Source: Promethearchaeati archaeon SRVP18_Atabeyarchaeia-1
Lineage (GTDB): Archaea > Asgardarchaeota > Atabeyarchaeia > Atabeyarchaeales > Atabeyarchaeaceae
DNA length: 64,000 nt
Assembly (NCBI GenBank): GCA_037308085.1
Contig: CP147779.1
Span: 2,048,001-2,112,000 of the forward strand
Direction: 5' to 3'
In this document: positions 1-10,203 of the stretch, one piece after another
How the letters are laid out: every line of letters starts with the position of its first letter
Numbering within the stretch: position 1 is the stretch's first letter
Made by a program: the position numbers and the translations under genes
Notes under the pieces: model-generated
The model's database searches: none
The model's input: only the letters and a program-made list of their open reading frames with translations
What the model was told of the DNA's origin: nothing

Positions 1-251
1 AGGTGTTCTCGAACATGCTCGACATCTACGTATCAAGCATCAGCAACAAGCTGAACGAGATAATGAAGGTGCTAACCATCATCGCCACCATCTTCATGCC
101 CCTAAGCTTCATCGTCGGCGTATACGGGATGAACTTCACCACGCCTTTTCCACCATACGTCGCCGAATGGGGCTTCCTGGTAATCATGCTCCTCAACTTC
201 GGGGTTGTCCTTACAATGTTGATCTACTTCAGGAGAAGAAGGTGGCTCTGA
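1..251 (+). CDS. corA: CorA-family Mg2+/Co2+ transporter, C-terminal part (5' end lies outside the window)
   Basis: LNEIMKVLT...YGMNF signature followed by two TM helices and the basic tail RRRRWL. Confidence 0.93.
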   Translation, partial: VFSNMLDIYVSSISNKLNEIMKVLTIIATIFMPLSFIVGVYGMNFTTPFPPYVAEWGFLVIMLLNFGVVLTMLIYFRRRRWL

Positions 252-367
252 GGAAGACAGAAGTGACATCAATCGCTGGCTGAAGAACGGTTGATGCCCG
301 CTATGAACAGAGCCCTTGGTACGGGCATTGCTTGATTCACCAAAGGAAGAAATACTCATCTTCGTCG

Positions 368-1237
368 CTAGAGCAGCTTCTTCTTCAGCTCTCCAACATA
401 GTCTTCTACTGTCCTCTTCTGGTATCGGAGTACCGCCTGAGACTCCGTTGTATCGTACCAGTCTGCGTAGTTTGGCTTCTTAGTGAATTTGCTCCAGTCT
501 GGGTCAGGTAGCCCAAGTGCTCCGAATGTCTTTCTGATCAGGTCTTTGAAAGTCATCTGGTTTTCCTTTCCACCTGCAATGATGAAAGTCTTGTTATCAG
601 AGCTCTTATTCTTCAGGGAGTTGATTATGGCTGTGCATGCATCTTGCACGTGTAGGAATTCCACCCTCCCCGCCAAAGGCAAGGAGAAGAGGTATCCCAT
701 ACTAGCCGAACCTATCTCAGGCGATAGCGTTACTGCAAGCCTCAGAATCGCGTATCTTACTCCTGATTTCCTGATCATCTCCTCGCACAGTATCTTGCCA
801 CGCGTGTAGTTATCGGTTCCCTTCACCGGGTGATCAGGTCTAATCGGCGGATTCTCCTTATCAGTAATGCCAAAAACCGAAATCGTTGAGGAGAAGACAA
901 GTTTTGGCTTCCTTATGCTTGCTTTCATAGCTGCCAAGACGTTCCGCGCGCCAGCCACATTCACTTTCTTTGCCAGCGCGGGTTTCTCCTCGCTCACTGG
1001 AGGGAGCACGAACGCCAAGTGGACGACGGCGTCGACATCGCTGTTGACCGCCTTTCTCACAGTATTCGCGTCCGACACGTCACCCCAAACGAACTCCGCG
1101 CGCCCTTGGTTTCCTGCAACATTCCTATTCGCCTCAGTCGGCAGATCAAGACCTCGCACTTCGAAACCCTCTTCTAAGAGACGAGGTACCAATGCCGAAC
1201 CAATGTTCCCACATGCACCTGTGACAAGGATCTTCAT
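368..1237 (-). CDS. NAD-dependent epimerase/dehydratase (extended SDR)
   Basis: TGACGNIG Rossmann motif, HLA, SST and YTRGK (YxxxK) catalytic motif. Confidence 0.9.
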   Translation of the reverse strand: MKILVTGACGNIGSALVPRLLEEGFEVRGLDLPTEANRNVAGNQGRAEFVWGDVSDANTVRKAVNSDVDAVVHLAFVLPPVSEEKPALAKKVNVAGARNVLAAMKASIRKPKLVFSSTISVFGITDKENPPIRPDHPVKGTDNYTRGKILCEEMIRKSGVRYAILRLAVTLSPEIGSASMGYLFSLPLAGRVEFLHVQDACTAIINSLKNKSSDNKTFIIAGGKENQMTFKDLIRKTFGALGLPDPDWSKFTKKPNYADWYDTTESQAVLRYQKRTVEDYVGELKKKLL

Positions 1238-1614
1238 GGAACTAGCGTTCTCCTAACACTCATCAAGCATAGCCTGATGGGTCATCTTGCTGAATAGTCA
1301 GATATATATCTAGCTAATCGACGATCCCCGCTTTCCCATCGGTGTCACGGGTTGGGACATTCGCACCCACAGCCTTTATGCGGAAAGAATGAGCTCGTGG
1401 ATACGGCGCAGGCGGCTCTGATGCCTCTGGGAAACTCGCAATTCCAGCGCGACAATCGACAAGGATCCTAATCATGATTAATAAGACGAGGCGGCTCTCC
1501 GTCTATGTGGAGAAAGCACGGGGGAGGTACAGCTCGGCTAAGAGGAGGGGAAGTGCTAGTGATGAGGGGACGCTGAGACATTATAGTCTACCTACCCTCT
1601 GGGGGGGATGAAAA

Positions 1615-2319
1615 TTGTCAGGCAGAGAGATAAATGGATTCAAAATGTTTGGAGCACCACCACCGGGATCATTTGACCCGAAGGCCTTCATAGCCCAATG
1701 GAAGATTGGCAATAGAGAGGAAGAGAAGGTCTACGGCCCAGTATACGCTGCCAGGATGATCCAGTATGCGCTGCAGTACCTCGCCAAAAGAACCGGAGAG
1801 AAGCCACCAGAAGACATTAGAACCTTCGCCCAACTGGCGGACCACGCACTATCGAAGATTGGCGAATGCCAAACGGCGTACTGCGCCTTGACATATGCAC
1901 AGTGCAAAACAGAGAAAGAGCTCCAAGGGCAGATCGGAGCCGCAAAACGAATCAATAATATTAGCTGGCAAAGACAAACCCTAAAGCCGAAAAACGGAGA
2001 AGAGAGGAACATAGATCTCAGCGGCATCGTGTCAAACTTTCGCCAAGCAGCGATCGCCATGAAGCTGTGCCCAGCAGAACTCGGATATAGGGCAAATGAA
2101 GACGGAAGCCTTGACGTGTTGCTGCCGAATTGCTTCTACAAGGACGCGTGCCGGGAACTCTTCAAAGAAGACCTCCTAACCGGGCCAGGCGGGAAAATGA
2201 TCTGCAACCTAGGTATCCCAATTTCCGTATACCTAAGAGCCACGACCGGCTATGAATGGGACTATCAATGCCTAGAATATGACAAGCCGAACTGCACAAT
2301 AAGACAGCGCATGGTCTGA
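1615..2319 (+). CDS. Hypothetical protein with a Cys-containing V4R/ATC-hydrolase-like C-terminal domain
   Basis: 234-aa ORF with a G-rich RBS; C-terminal pattern CP..C-x5-C..ICN..C resembles V4R-type ligand-binding folds (inference). Confidence 0.55.
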   Translation: MSGREINGFKMFGAPPPGSFDPKAFIAQWKIGNREEEKVYGPVYAARMIQYALQYLAKRTGEKPPEDIRTFAQLADHALSKIGECQTAYCALTYAQCKTEKELQGQIGAAKRINNISWQRQTLKPKNGEERNIDLSGIVSNFRQAAIAMKLCPAELGYRANEDGSLDVLLPNCFYKDACRELFKEDLLTGPGGKMICNLGIPISVYLRATTGYEWDYQCLEYDKPNCTIRQRMV

Positions 2320-2577
2320 GCAATAGATCACCTGGAACCACGCCGATCACGGCGCAGACAGGAGCCACCCCCCCAACCCCTGCCCCGGATTGCCCCACGG
2401 CATTCTCAGTCTAAAACTCGTACTCCTCTTTCCCATTTCTATTCGTGAAGCCGAGCACGCAGTCAGAAACTTCACGAAGAGGTGAGAAGGGTTCGCAAGC
2501 AGGATCCAATGAAGCAACCCCCAAAGGATCCAAGGAGAAGGAAGAGACAAGATGAAGTGAGCCACAGATGGCGCTGG

Positions 2578-3228
2578 TTAAGCCTTGTGCCACTCTTTCT
2601 TGCTCCCAGCCACTTTCCCCATCGATACCCCGAAGAGTACGAGAGCCAACGCGAAGAAGAAACTAGTTGTGAGCATTCCGATCAATGCAAAAGCGAGCGC
2701 ACTACTCAGGTCCGGCTCACCGGTGTTCCGCTTCAGCCTCCGAATTCCGACTGCAAAGAAAATGAAGGCCACCCAACTAAACAGCAAGGGGCCCAGTACG
2801 CTGGTATATCCTACTACGAGCAAGAATACCAAGAGAAGTGACGGAAGGGGCGTAAAAGGTGGGAAGTAGTAAGCAGGCACGGAGGTTCCAAGCAATACCC
2901 AGACGATAAATGCAAGGTAGGCAGCTGCGTACAGAACGCCTGCCTGACCCAGCCACACAATCAACAGTCTTCTGCCTAGTAGGATCAGGGAGATGCCGGA
3001 AATAGCTCCGAGCGCAAAAATGACGACCAAGATGACTTCAGTAATAAGAGGAGCGGCTAACAGAGGCGCTAATGGGATCAAGGCGAGCATAGCAGCAAGG
3101 AGACCTGGAGTTAGAACAATGAGGAAAAGCGTTAGTAGGCTCATGGCCCCCAGTAAGGATCCAAAAAGCAGATTCACTCTGGAAACCATCCTCATAATAG
3201 ATTCGTCGGCAATCTTCTTTCTAGCCAA
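2578..3228 (-). CDS. Polytopic membrane protein (DUF996-like), probable homolog of 53214-53936
   Basis: About 6 hydrophobic helices; C-terminal 'RRLKRNTGEPDL..A' segment followed by a hydrophobic hairpin. Confidence 0.65.
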   Translation of the reverse strand: MARKKIADESIMRMVSRVNLLFGSLLGAMSLLTLFLIVLTPGLLAAMLALIPLAPLLAAPLITEVILVVIFALGAISGISLILLGRRLLIVWLGQAGVLYAAAYLAFIVWVLLGTSVPAYYFPPFTPLPSLLLVFLLVVGYTSVLGPLLFSWVAFIFFAVGIRRLKRNTGEPDLSSALAFALIGMLTTSFFFALALVLFGVSMGKVAGSKKEWHKA

Positions 3229-3710
3229 CGCTTGTCATCCCCAGCTAAGTCACGTGACACGCCTGGTTTGCGAAAGGACTGGTTGCGTCGCTCCAACCCT
3301 AGCGATGACAGCCGCCTTAGTCCTGGGCCCTCCTGTACGACGAGAGTCTATTAAGCTCCATATATAGGTTGCTCTTGAATTAGGGCGCTTCGAGATTCGC
3401 TTGGGTTCGCCACCATCTTCATACGATGGGTTGCGTGCTTTGGTTGGGAGCGTTACGTGTCTCGCTCAGAGTAAGGATCTCATTCTTCCACCAGCTTCTT
3501 GCCGGCAATCAGACCGTTCCAGCTTCCTGGCAGTGCAGTGGGGGTTACTTATAGGATGATGACCCAGCGGAGTTGTGAACCCTGACAATGCAGTTGCTTT
3601 CTGAGTCCCGCGCTACATAGAATTCATATTCTAGAATAGCAAAGATCTTACTATGGAGTTCAGCCGGTTCCACAGATGCACTTTACTTTTGCATTGAAGG
3701 GGGCTTGTGA

Positions 3711-5141
3711 ATGGATGCAGCTACAGTTTCAACTGGGGCGGAAGCCCTTGACGAGATGATCGAAGGAGGCTTCCCACAGGGCAGCCTTGTCATCGTAGCA
3801 GGCAACCCTGGTTCAGGGAAAACGGCTTTTGCCATCAATTTTGCATGCAAGGGCATTAGCTCGGGTGATGCCGTTGTGTTCGCTTCGCTGGGCGAACCAA
3901 GGGAAGCTTTCATTAATGAAATATCCAGGCATTTTCATTTCGACGCGGAGCAGTTCATGCGCACCGACAAGATGAGTTTCCTCGACTTGTCTATTGTGAG
4001 GGAAGGAGGTGCGCCCAGCATGATTCAGTCCATATTGGATCGGGTCGAAAGAACCGGTGCTAAGCGTCTCGTCATCGATAGCTTCTCGGCGATGGCCTTA
4101 GCCTTCGAGAGGAAACTTGATACCCGCAGCATCCTCCAGGCAATTCTCAGTAAGGTCGTCCGGCAGCTCGGGTGCACCACAATCCTTGCCGTTGAGATCC
4201 CCTTCGGGGATGAGCGCGTCGGTACGGGTGTAGAGGAATTCGTTGCTGACGGGGTCATAAAGCTCGGGTCAGAGATGATTGACGACCGGCTGATCAGAGT
4301 ACTGGAACTCGTCAAGCTCAGAGGAACCAGGTTAGCCGAGAGAAAATTGATATTTACCCTCGAAGAGGGCTTCAAGGTTTTCGCGCCTTTTCAGCTCAAA
4401 CCAATAGCTAGCCCTAAACCGTTCAAGGCGATACCTGACAAGCCAGGCAGGTTCTCCTCTGGATCAGAGGACCTGGACAGACTCCTTAACGGGGGATACC
4501 CCGTAGGGTCAACGATCCTCTTCGAGATCGGCAGAGGCGTGCCGGTATTCCACAACGCGCTGCTCCAGGGTCAGGTCGTCCGCAACTTCATGGCCAATGG
4601 CAGGGCCGGAATAATGCTCCCATCGACCGGAATAGACCCAAAAATGATGAAGATGGCTGCCACCAGAATTGGATTCAAGGAGAAAGACATCGACCGATTA
4701 TTGAGGCTCTGCCTCCTCCGATTCTCCGAGTCCAGCAGGGAGCCATATGTGATCCCCTTGGAGGGAGAAAACATCGACTCGGATAACAAGCTCATCAGAA
4801 ATGTGGAGGAGGAGTTGAGGAAGGAGACGGGGAAGCCCATAGTCTATGTCATGGGATACGATTCAGTGATCGCGAATTATGGCTTGAAGGCCGCAATGAA
4901 GACTGCAGTCCTTGACGCAGCTAGGGCAATGGAGCACGGGAACCTCGGCATAATCTCACTGAGACTAGGCTATGGCAAAGCCTCAGTGGTGCTGAATGAA
5001 CTGGCCTACGTGCACTTCAGGTTGGCAGAGAAGTATGGGGCCCTAATCCTCTACGGGATCAAACCCAGAACAAACCTATTCGTTGTAGAGGTAGACGTCT
5101 CACGGGGATATGATTCGCCAAAGCTCACGCCAATACTCTAG
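3711..5141 (+). CDS. KaiC/GvpD/RAD55-family two-domain RecA-superfamily ATPase
   Basis: STG..LDEMIEGG, Walker A GNPGSGKT, Walker B LVIDS, KLRGT; second domain (SSGSEDLDRLLNGG) lacks Walker A. Confidence 0.9.
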   Translation: MDAATVSTGAEALDEMIEGGFPQGSLVIVAGNPGSGKTAFAINFACKGISSGDAVVFASLGEPREAFINEISRHFHFDAEQFMRTDKMSFLDLSIVREGGAPSMIQSILDRVERTGAKRLVIDSFSAMALAFERKLDTRSILQAILSKVVRQLGCTTILAVEIPFGDERVGTGVEEFVADGVIKLGSEMIDDRLIRVLELVKLRGTRLAERKLIFTLEEGFKVFAPFQLKPIASPKPFKAIPDKPGRFSSGSEDLDRLLNGGYPVGSTILFEIGRGVPVFHNALLQGQVVRNFMANGRAGIMLPSTGIDPKMMKMAATRIGFKEKDIDRLLRLCLLRFSESSREPYVIPLEGENIDSDNKLIRNVEEELRKETGKPIVYVMGYDSVIANYGLKAAMKTAVLDAARAMEHGNLGIISLRLGYGKASVVLNELAYVHFRLAEKYGALILYGIKPRTNLFVVEVDVSRGYDSPKLTPIL

Positions 5142-5307
5142 AGCCCTATCGATTCACCTGGAAGTGGCGCTCCTCACACGTGGCGAGAGGCGTCAGGAGG
5201 GATCTACGAGCCTCGCTTCTTTTATCCTGGAACGCGGCGCGACATAAGAAAAACCTTAAGTCTATCTAGGCACGAGACGTAGTGTCTTGACCAGGAGGTT
5301 TTTCGAA

Positions 5308-6387
5308 GTGCCAATTAGAGTTGGAATTATAGGATGTGGCTTTGCCGGCTGCATGCACGCAATAGCCTATCAGCCACACATAGAAGCGGGAAATGTGAAG
5401 CTCGTTGCATCCTGTGATGCCGATGAGGATGTTGCAGCCAAGATGGCGAAGGAGTACGAGATGGATGCCTATTACAGGGATTGGCGGGATCTTGTCAAGA
5501 GAAGGGATATCGATGCTGTCTCAATTTGCCTGCCTCACTACTTGCATGAGGAAGTATCGGTCGCTGCATCAAAGAGTGGAAAGCATGTCCTCTGTGAGAA
5601 GCCGATGGCCACCACGCTCGAAGGCTGTGACAACATGATCAAGGCAGCGAAGGATGCGAAGGTCAAGCTAATGATAGCTGAGACCTACAGGTTCATGCCT
5701 ACCATGGTCAAAATCAAGGAGATCGTCGATAGCGGCAAGGTTGGTGAATTGTTCTTCGCACGTGGCTCAGAGTGCCTCAACGAGGTTCCGAAGATATGCG
5801 ACCCCGACTCTTGGCACTGCACCCCCGACAAGGCGGGCGGTGGAGTCTGGTTCGATGCTGGCGTCCACATCTGCTCCGCGTTCAGGTACGTGTTTGGGGA
5901 TGTCGACTCAGTTAGAGCGGGTCTGCTTGAGCACGTCGTAGCTAAGGAGAAGGAAGATGACAACGCAATAGTGCTACTGAAATTCAAGAAAGGGACGGTC
6001 GCAGAGGCTTTTCTGAGCGAGACTATTGGCAGCCCAGCCTTCATCAGGTTTGAGTTTTACGGGACTGAGGGGACGATTCTCATGGACACGGCCTGGGATG
6101 AGCCGATAAAATTCTTCTCCAGTAAGGGAGAGAATCCTTCAGAGGAATGGGAGAAGCCCGAAGTGGAACACCTCCCGATGCCTCAGTTCTACACCCTATC
6201 CTTCAGAGGGGAGGTAAAGGAGTTCGTGGATTCTCTGCTCACGAAGAGGGATCCAAAATACCGCGGTGAAGAAGGAAAGGTTGCGGTCGAGATGGCCCTA
6301 ATGGGTGTTCTCTCAGCAAAAACGGGGAAGGCGGTTGACCGAAATGAGCTGTATTCGCCACTCGCTAAGAAATACGGAATAAAGTAG
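5308..6387 (+). CDS. Gfo/Idh/MocA-family NAD(P)-dependent oxidoreductase
   Basis: GIIGCG, HVLCEKPMA and GGG..D.GVH motifs; GTG start at 5308 follows AGGAGG. Confidence 0.92.
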   Translation: MPIRVGIIGCGFAGCMHAIAYQPHIEAGNVKLVASCDADEDVAAKMAKEYEMDAYYRDWRDLVKRRDIDAVSICLPHYLHEEVSVAASKSGKHVLCEKPMATTLEGCDNMIKAAKDAKVKLMIAETYRFMPTMVKIKEIVDSGKVGELFFARGSECLNEVPKICDPDSWHCTPDKAGGGVWFDAGVHICSAFRYVFGDVDSVRAGLLEHVVAKEKEDDNAIVLLKFKKGTVAEAFLSETIGSPAFIRFEFYGTEGTILMDTAWDEPIKFFSSKGENPSEEWEKPEVEHLPMPQFYTLSFRGEVKEFVDSLLTKRDPKYRGEEGKVAVEMALMGVLSAKTGKAVDRNELYSPLAKKYGIK

Positions 6388-6428
6388 CGTGGGCGGCATC
6401 TACAAGTCCCATCAAGTAGAAGTTGCGC

Positions 6429-7265
6429 TCACTCGCGTTTGACCAAGCTTGCTCCACACGATGCGCAGAAAGAGGCGCCGGCGACGAGCCCAGCGCCACA
6501 GTTCGGGCAAAGTGATGCTACCGCGGCGGCTGCTGGCCCGGGTGTCCCTGCCGAGTTGGCTACACCCGTTGTTGCCGCGCCTTCTGGCATTGCACTCACT
6601 GTCTCCTGTTCTTCCCTTCGATGGCGCGCCCTCAAGGCCACAAAAGCCACCAACGCGATTGCTGCCACGCCAACGCCTACACCCCCGATCAGGAGCAGAG
6701 GTATCGGGTCAGCAGAGAACTCTGATGTGGATGTCGCTTCAATCGTGATCGAGCCCTGCGGCGAATATATGGTAACTACTTCCTTCAGCATCAATCCGGT
6801 GTCCTTGTCAAAGTACAGGTCAACTGACCCGTTGCTGACACTCGTGCCAAAGTGATTTACCGTCCTGTGTGTGCCTGCAACATAGATTGATGGAGCGTCG
6901 GTGATCACTACAGTCGAACCCATGTAAAATGGATCGCCTGGGTTCAATCCAGCCGCGATGACAAAAGAGCAGATGCTGTTCGAACCCGTTGAAATGTCTC
7001 CCGAGTAGTAGTGTGTTTGTGATTGGCCTCCGTAGCTTACTGTGTAGGTGACTGAAACGGTGGTTCCGCTCACCTGTGTGATGTCGACTCGCGCCGACCC
7101 AGACATTGTTCCGGCTGACGCCACATACAATGAGAAAGAGTAGTTTGCCCAGTCCCCTGTTTTTACGCCAACTTTCGTGTAGTCCGCACCTTGCGTCGGA
7201 GTAGTAGCAGAAGAGACAAACAGAAGCAGCGAAAGTATGATTAATACTGCATAAGGCCTCTTCAA
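6429..7265 (-). CDS. Single-pass membrane protein with an exported domain and a C-terminal cytoplasmic zinc ribbon
   Basis: Signal peptide, Ser/Thr/Gly-rich beta domain, TM helix followed by RARHRR, and CPNCG...CASCG. Confidence 0.8.
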   Translation of the reverse strand: MKRPYAVLIILSLLLFVSSATTPTQGADYTKVGVKTGDWANYSFSLYVASAGTMSGSARVDITQVSGTTVSVTYTVSYGGQSQTHYYSGDISTGSNSICSFVIAAGLNPGDPFYMGSTVVITDAPSIYVAGTHRTVNHFGTSVSNGSVDLYFDKDTGLMLKEVVTIYSPQGSITIEATSTSEFSADPIPLLLIGGVGVGVAAIALVAFVALRARHRREEQETVSAMPEGAATTGVANSAGTPGPAAAAVASLCPNCGAGLVAGASFCASCGASLVKRE

Positions 7266-7477
7266 GTGATTCCCCCTCGTGACTGCGTTTCCATTCCTTG
7301 AAATGTGCTAAGTGAGTGTACAGTCATCGGAAGTATTTAACTTTATTCTTCTGAGATCCGCCAGCCCTCGCTTGCAGAGATAGGAGCCCCTCGGATTGAA
7401 CTTGTTAGAAACAAGATGAAGAACCCGGTATATGAGCCGCGCATTTGTACTCCTGCCTAGTTCAGTCGGAGAGGGCT

Positions 7478-8020
7478 TCATGGCTTGCCGATCTCTACTC
7501 TCCTTGCTTCGAGCTTCTTTCTCAGCCGGTCCGCGTCCTTGGGAAATGACAGGTACACGAATGTATAGAGAATCAGGCAGAGGGTCCAAGGAATGAACGC
7601 AATTAGAAACATCGCCTTCGAGAGCGCCAACATGTTCGTCACCCTCATGCCTGCTGGCAGGCTCGGGATAGGGACGCTCGTCGGTGGAACTATGTAGCCG
7701 AAGGCGGATTCAGCAATTGCGCCCACAAGGAAGGTACCTAGCGCTCCAACTGACCCTTCTACCAGCGTGTCGACGGCGTATACGGAGCCCCTAATCTCTG
7801 GCTCAAAGATCTCGCTGAAGATCGGGCTATTGCATCCCGCAGAGCACCATGATATCAGGAAGCCCGTAAGTGCACCCGACAGCATGTAGAGGAGCATGGA
7901 GCTGGTCTGCATTGGGATCAGCATGAACATGACGTACGTCATAGGTATCCCGGAGAAGACTGAGATCTGTGCTATGACGATTCTGCCGCTACGAGGCCGC
8001 CACCTTGAGGTCCTGTCGGA
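7478..8020 (-). pseudogene. 5'-truncated MFS transporter (C-terminal ~180 aa only)
   Basis: Frame stays open upstream of the ORF-track ATG to 8020 (SDRTSRWRPRSGRIVIAQISVFSGIP, an MFS loop-8-like motif), then meets two TGA stops; contains EIFEPEIRGS; N-terminal half absent. Confidence 0.7.
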
Positions 8021-8074
8021 TCAGTGATGAGACGAGGGTCACAGCTTTTAGGGGTGTAGCGCCAAGAATAGGTT

Positions 8075-8914
8075 GTGAATAGGAGCCACTTCGAGATTGA
8101 GAGGTTGATGGTATCGATGGTTAGAAATGGTACTAGCGAAGGGTTGTCAAAATTCGGAAGGCTCAGGTCGACAACGCTATTCGAAGAGCAAGTCGGCAGC
8201 ATACTGACAATTCAGGCGCATCAAGATGACACGGACATTGCCTGCGGAGGAACGATAGCGAAGTTGACCCGCATGGGCAAGAAAGTGACTTACCTTCTAC
8301 TAACCGATGGGCGGCATGGGGTTGCAGATCCTGAGATCCCGAGCGCAGAAGCAATAAAGATGCGGAATGAAGAGCAGAAGCGGGCAGCCAAGATACTGGG
8401 AGTAGAGAAGGTCATTTTCCTCGATTACCCGGATCAGCACATGGATTCTTCGCTCGAGCTGAGGCGAAGGCTGATAGGAATCATACGTGACCTTAAGCCG
8501 GATATAGTATTCACTTTCGACCCGTGGAGGCCGTACGAGGGGAATAGGGATCACAGGCACACCGGGATCATGGCGCTCGAGGCCGCCGGCTTCGCCTACG
8601 ACATGTTTGAGTACCCTGAGAAGGATGCGGATCTCCACATGGTTCTCGAAATGTACCTCTTCCAGCCTTTCCTGCCCGACACGTGGGTCGACATAACCGA
8701 CACAATTGATCTAAAGTTGGACGCGATTCGGCAGCACGAGACTCAACTTGGAGACCAGATCGCTAAGGTCATCAAGGAGAAGAATGCTAGGGACGGGAAG
8801 GTTATCGGAAGGCCATACGCAGAGGCCTTCAAAGTTCTGAAGAGAGGCTTCCCATGGGTTTGGGACGGGCTAGAGGTCGAAGGCTGGAGCCCAGAAAACT
8901 TCTGGACCCCCTAG
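8075..8914 (+). CDS. PIG-L/LmbE-family deacetylase (start uncertain)
   Basis: AHQDD, LLTDG, R..E...AA..LG, DH..TG and K..A...H.TQ motifs. Confidence 0.88.
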   Translation: MNRSHFEIERLMVSMVRNGTSEGLSKFGRLRSTTLFEEQVGSILTIQAHQDDTDIACGGTIAKLTRMGKKVTYLLLTDGRHGVADPEIPSAEAIKMRNEEQKRAAKILGVEKVIFLDYPDQHMDSSLELRRRLIGIIRDLKPDIVFTFDPWRPYEGNRDHRHTGIMALEAAGFAYDMFEYPEKDADLHMVLEMYLFQPFLPDTWVDITDTIDLKLDAIRQHETQLGDQIAKVIKEKNARDGKVIGRPYAEAFKVLKRGFPWVWDGLEVEGWSPENFWTP

Positions 8915-9013
8915 GAACCCACTTCACCAGCTGCCGGCTGCCAGACGCAAAACGCTAATAAGAACGATCAAGGTAAAACCAACGAAAGGGCACTGCCCCT
9001 TTTTCGAAATCAT

Positions 9014-10102
9014 TTGGCGAGGATGATTGACTTGGAGAAACGTCTTAAAATCGGAATAATAGGAGTCGGAAGCATAGCGCAATGCCACGCGCGAGGCTTT
9101 CTGAAGGACGGACGCGCTCAAATTGTAAACGTCTGCGACCTCCTTGAGGAGGAGGCGGCCAACAAGGCCGCCCGGTGGGGCGCAGAGAGATCATGCGTCG
9201 ACTACAATGAAGTCCTGAAGGATCCCGATGTGGAAGCCGTCGACATCCTACTTCCGCCCAGCCTTCACGCCAAGGTCGCAGTTCAGGCAGCGGAAGCCGG
9301 GAAACACATCTTGACGGAGAAACCACTCGCGACGACGCTGAAGGACTGCGATGAGGTCATAGCAGCTGCAAAGAGGAACAAGGTGAAGCTGATGGTTTGC
9401 CATAATCAGCTGTTCTACCCCCCTCACCAAGAGGCTAAGCGGCTCGTTGACAATGAAATCGGGAATCCCGTTATGTCTACGTCCCTGCTTCACGGTGGAT
9501 TCGGCGCGAGCGGATGGAGAGAAGATCCAGTTATAGGTGGAGGCTTCTTGCTGGAGGCATGCATTCACAGGTTCTACGTCTCGCGTTACCTCATGGGCGA
9601 GGTGAAGCGGGTATCGTGTATGACAGCTAAAACGACCCCCGAACTCAAGACCGAGGATATCGTTTTGGTGAACCTGCAGTTCGAGAAGAACAGGTACGGC
9701 ACCATCAGCGCGAACCGAGGAGCCCCTCCCGCCCTATGGGATGACAGGACAGAAGTTGTTGGAGACGACGGCATGATCATCATAAACGGCGTCGAAGACC
9801 ACATACTGGGCGGCCTACCCCTGATGCTCTACAAGGATGGCGCGTGGAAGTCATACATGACGCCAAGAGTGTTTGGGGAAACCGCCGAGGGCATGGATGG
9901 TATCCCGGAGGAAGTGAAGTTCACCAGCAACGAGCTAGACAACAAGTTCGTAAACACCTTCTACTACGTGATCAAGCACTTCATCGACTGCATTATCGAG
10001 GACAAGGCGCCTTTCGTCCCAGGCGAGGAAGGAAGAAGACTCGTCGAAATAATGCTTGCCGCATACAAGTCCGCTGAAACCGGAAAGGTCGTAAACGTCT
10101 AA
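9014..10102 (+). CDS. Gfo/Idh/MocA-family oxidoreductase (paralog of 20937-22007)
   Basis: GIIGVGSIA, GKHILTEKP, VKLMVCHNQ. Confidence 0.92.
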   Translation: MARMIDLEKRLKIGIIGVGSIAQCHARGFLKDGRAQIVNVCDLLEEEAANKAARWGAERSCVDYNEVLKDPDVEAVDILLPPSLHAKVAVQAAEAGKHILTEKPLATTLKDCDEVIAAAKRNKVKLMVCHNQLFYPPHQEAKRLVDNEIGNPVMSTSLLHGGFGASGWREDPVIGGGFLLEACIHRFYVSRYLMGEVKRVSCMTAKTTPELKTEDIVLVNLQFEKNRYGTISANRGAPPALWDDRTEVVGDDGMIIINGVEDHILGGLPLMLYKDGAWKSYMTPRVFGETAEGMDGIPEEVKFTSNELDNKFVNTFYYVIKHFIDCIIEDKAPFVPGEEGRRLVEIMLAAYKSAETGKVVNV

Positions 10103-10203
10103 AGCAAGACTAGCGCGCACTAGCAAAGCTAATGCTTTCTAGGAACTCTAATATACATGTGGCCATAATACCGAGAGAAAATGATAATTGGGTGGAAATC
10201 GGC

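Noticed and set aside
2442-2478. Inverted repeat TTCGTGAAG...CTTCACGAA
   Set aside because: A single 9-bp stem between convergent genes, at most a terminator; no MITE or target-site duplication evidence.
3365-3420. tRNA-like stretch (GGTTCG...CACCA)
   Set aside because: I could not build a cloverleaf or acceptor stem.
3711-5141. Circadian clock kaiC
   Set aside because: The second domain is degenerate and there is no kaiA or kaiB; it fits the general archaeal KaiC/GvpD-like family.
8021-8041. Selenocysteine or TGA readthrough extending the MFS fragment
   Set aside because: There are two TGA stops within 7 codons and no MFS-like sequence beyond them.
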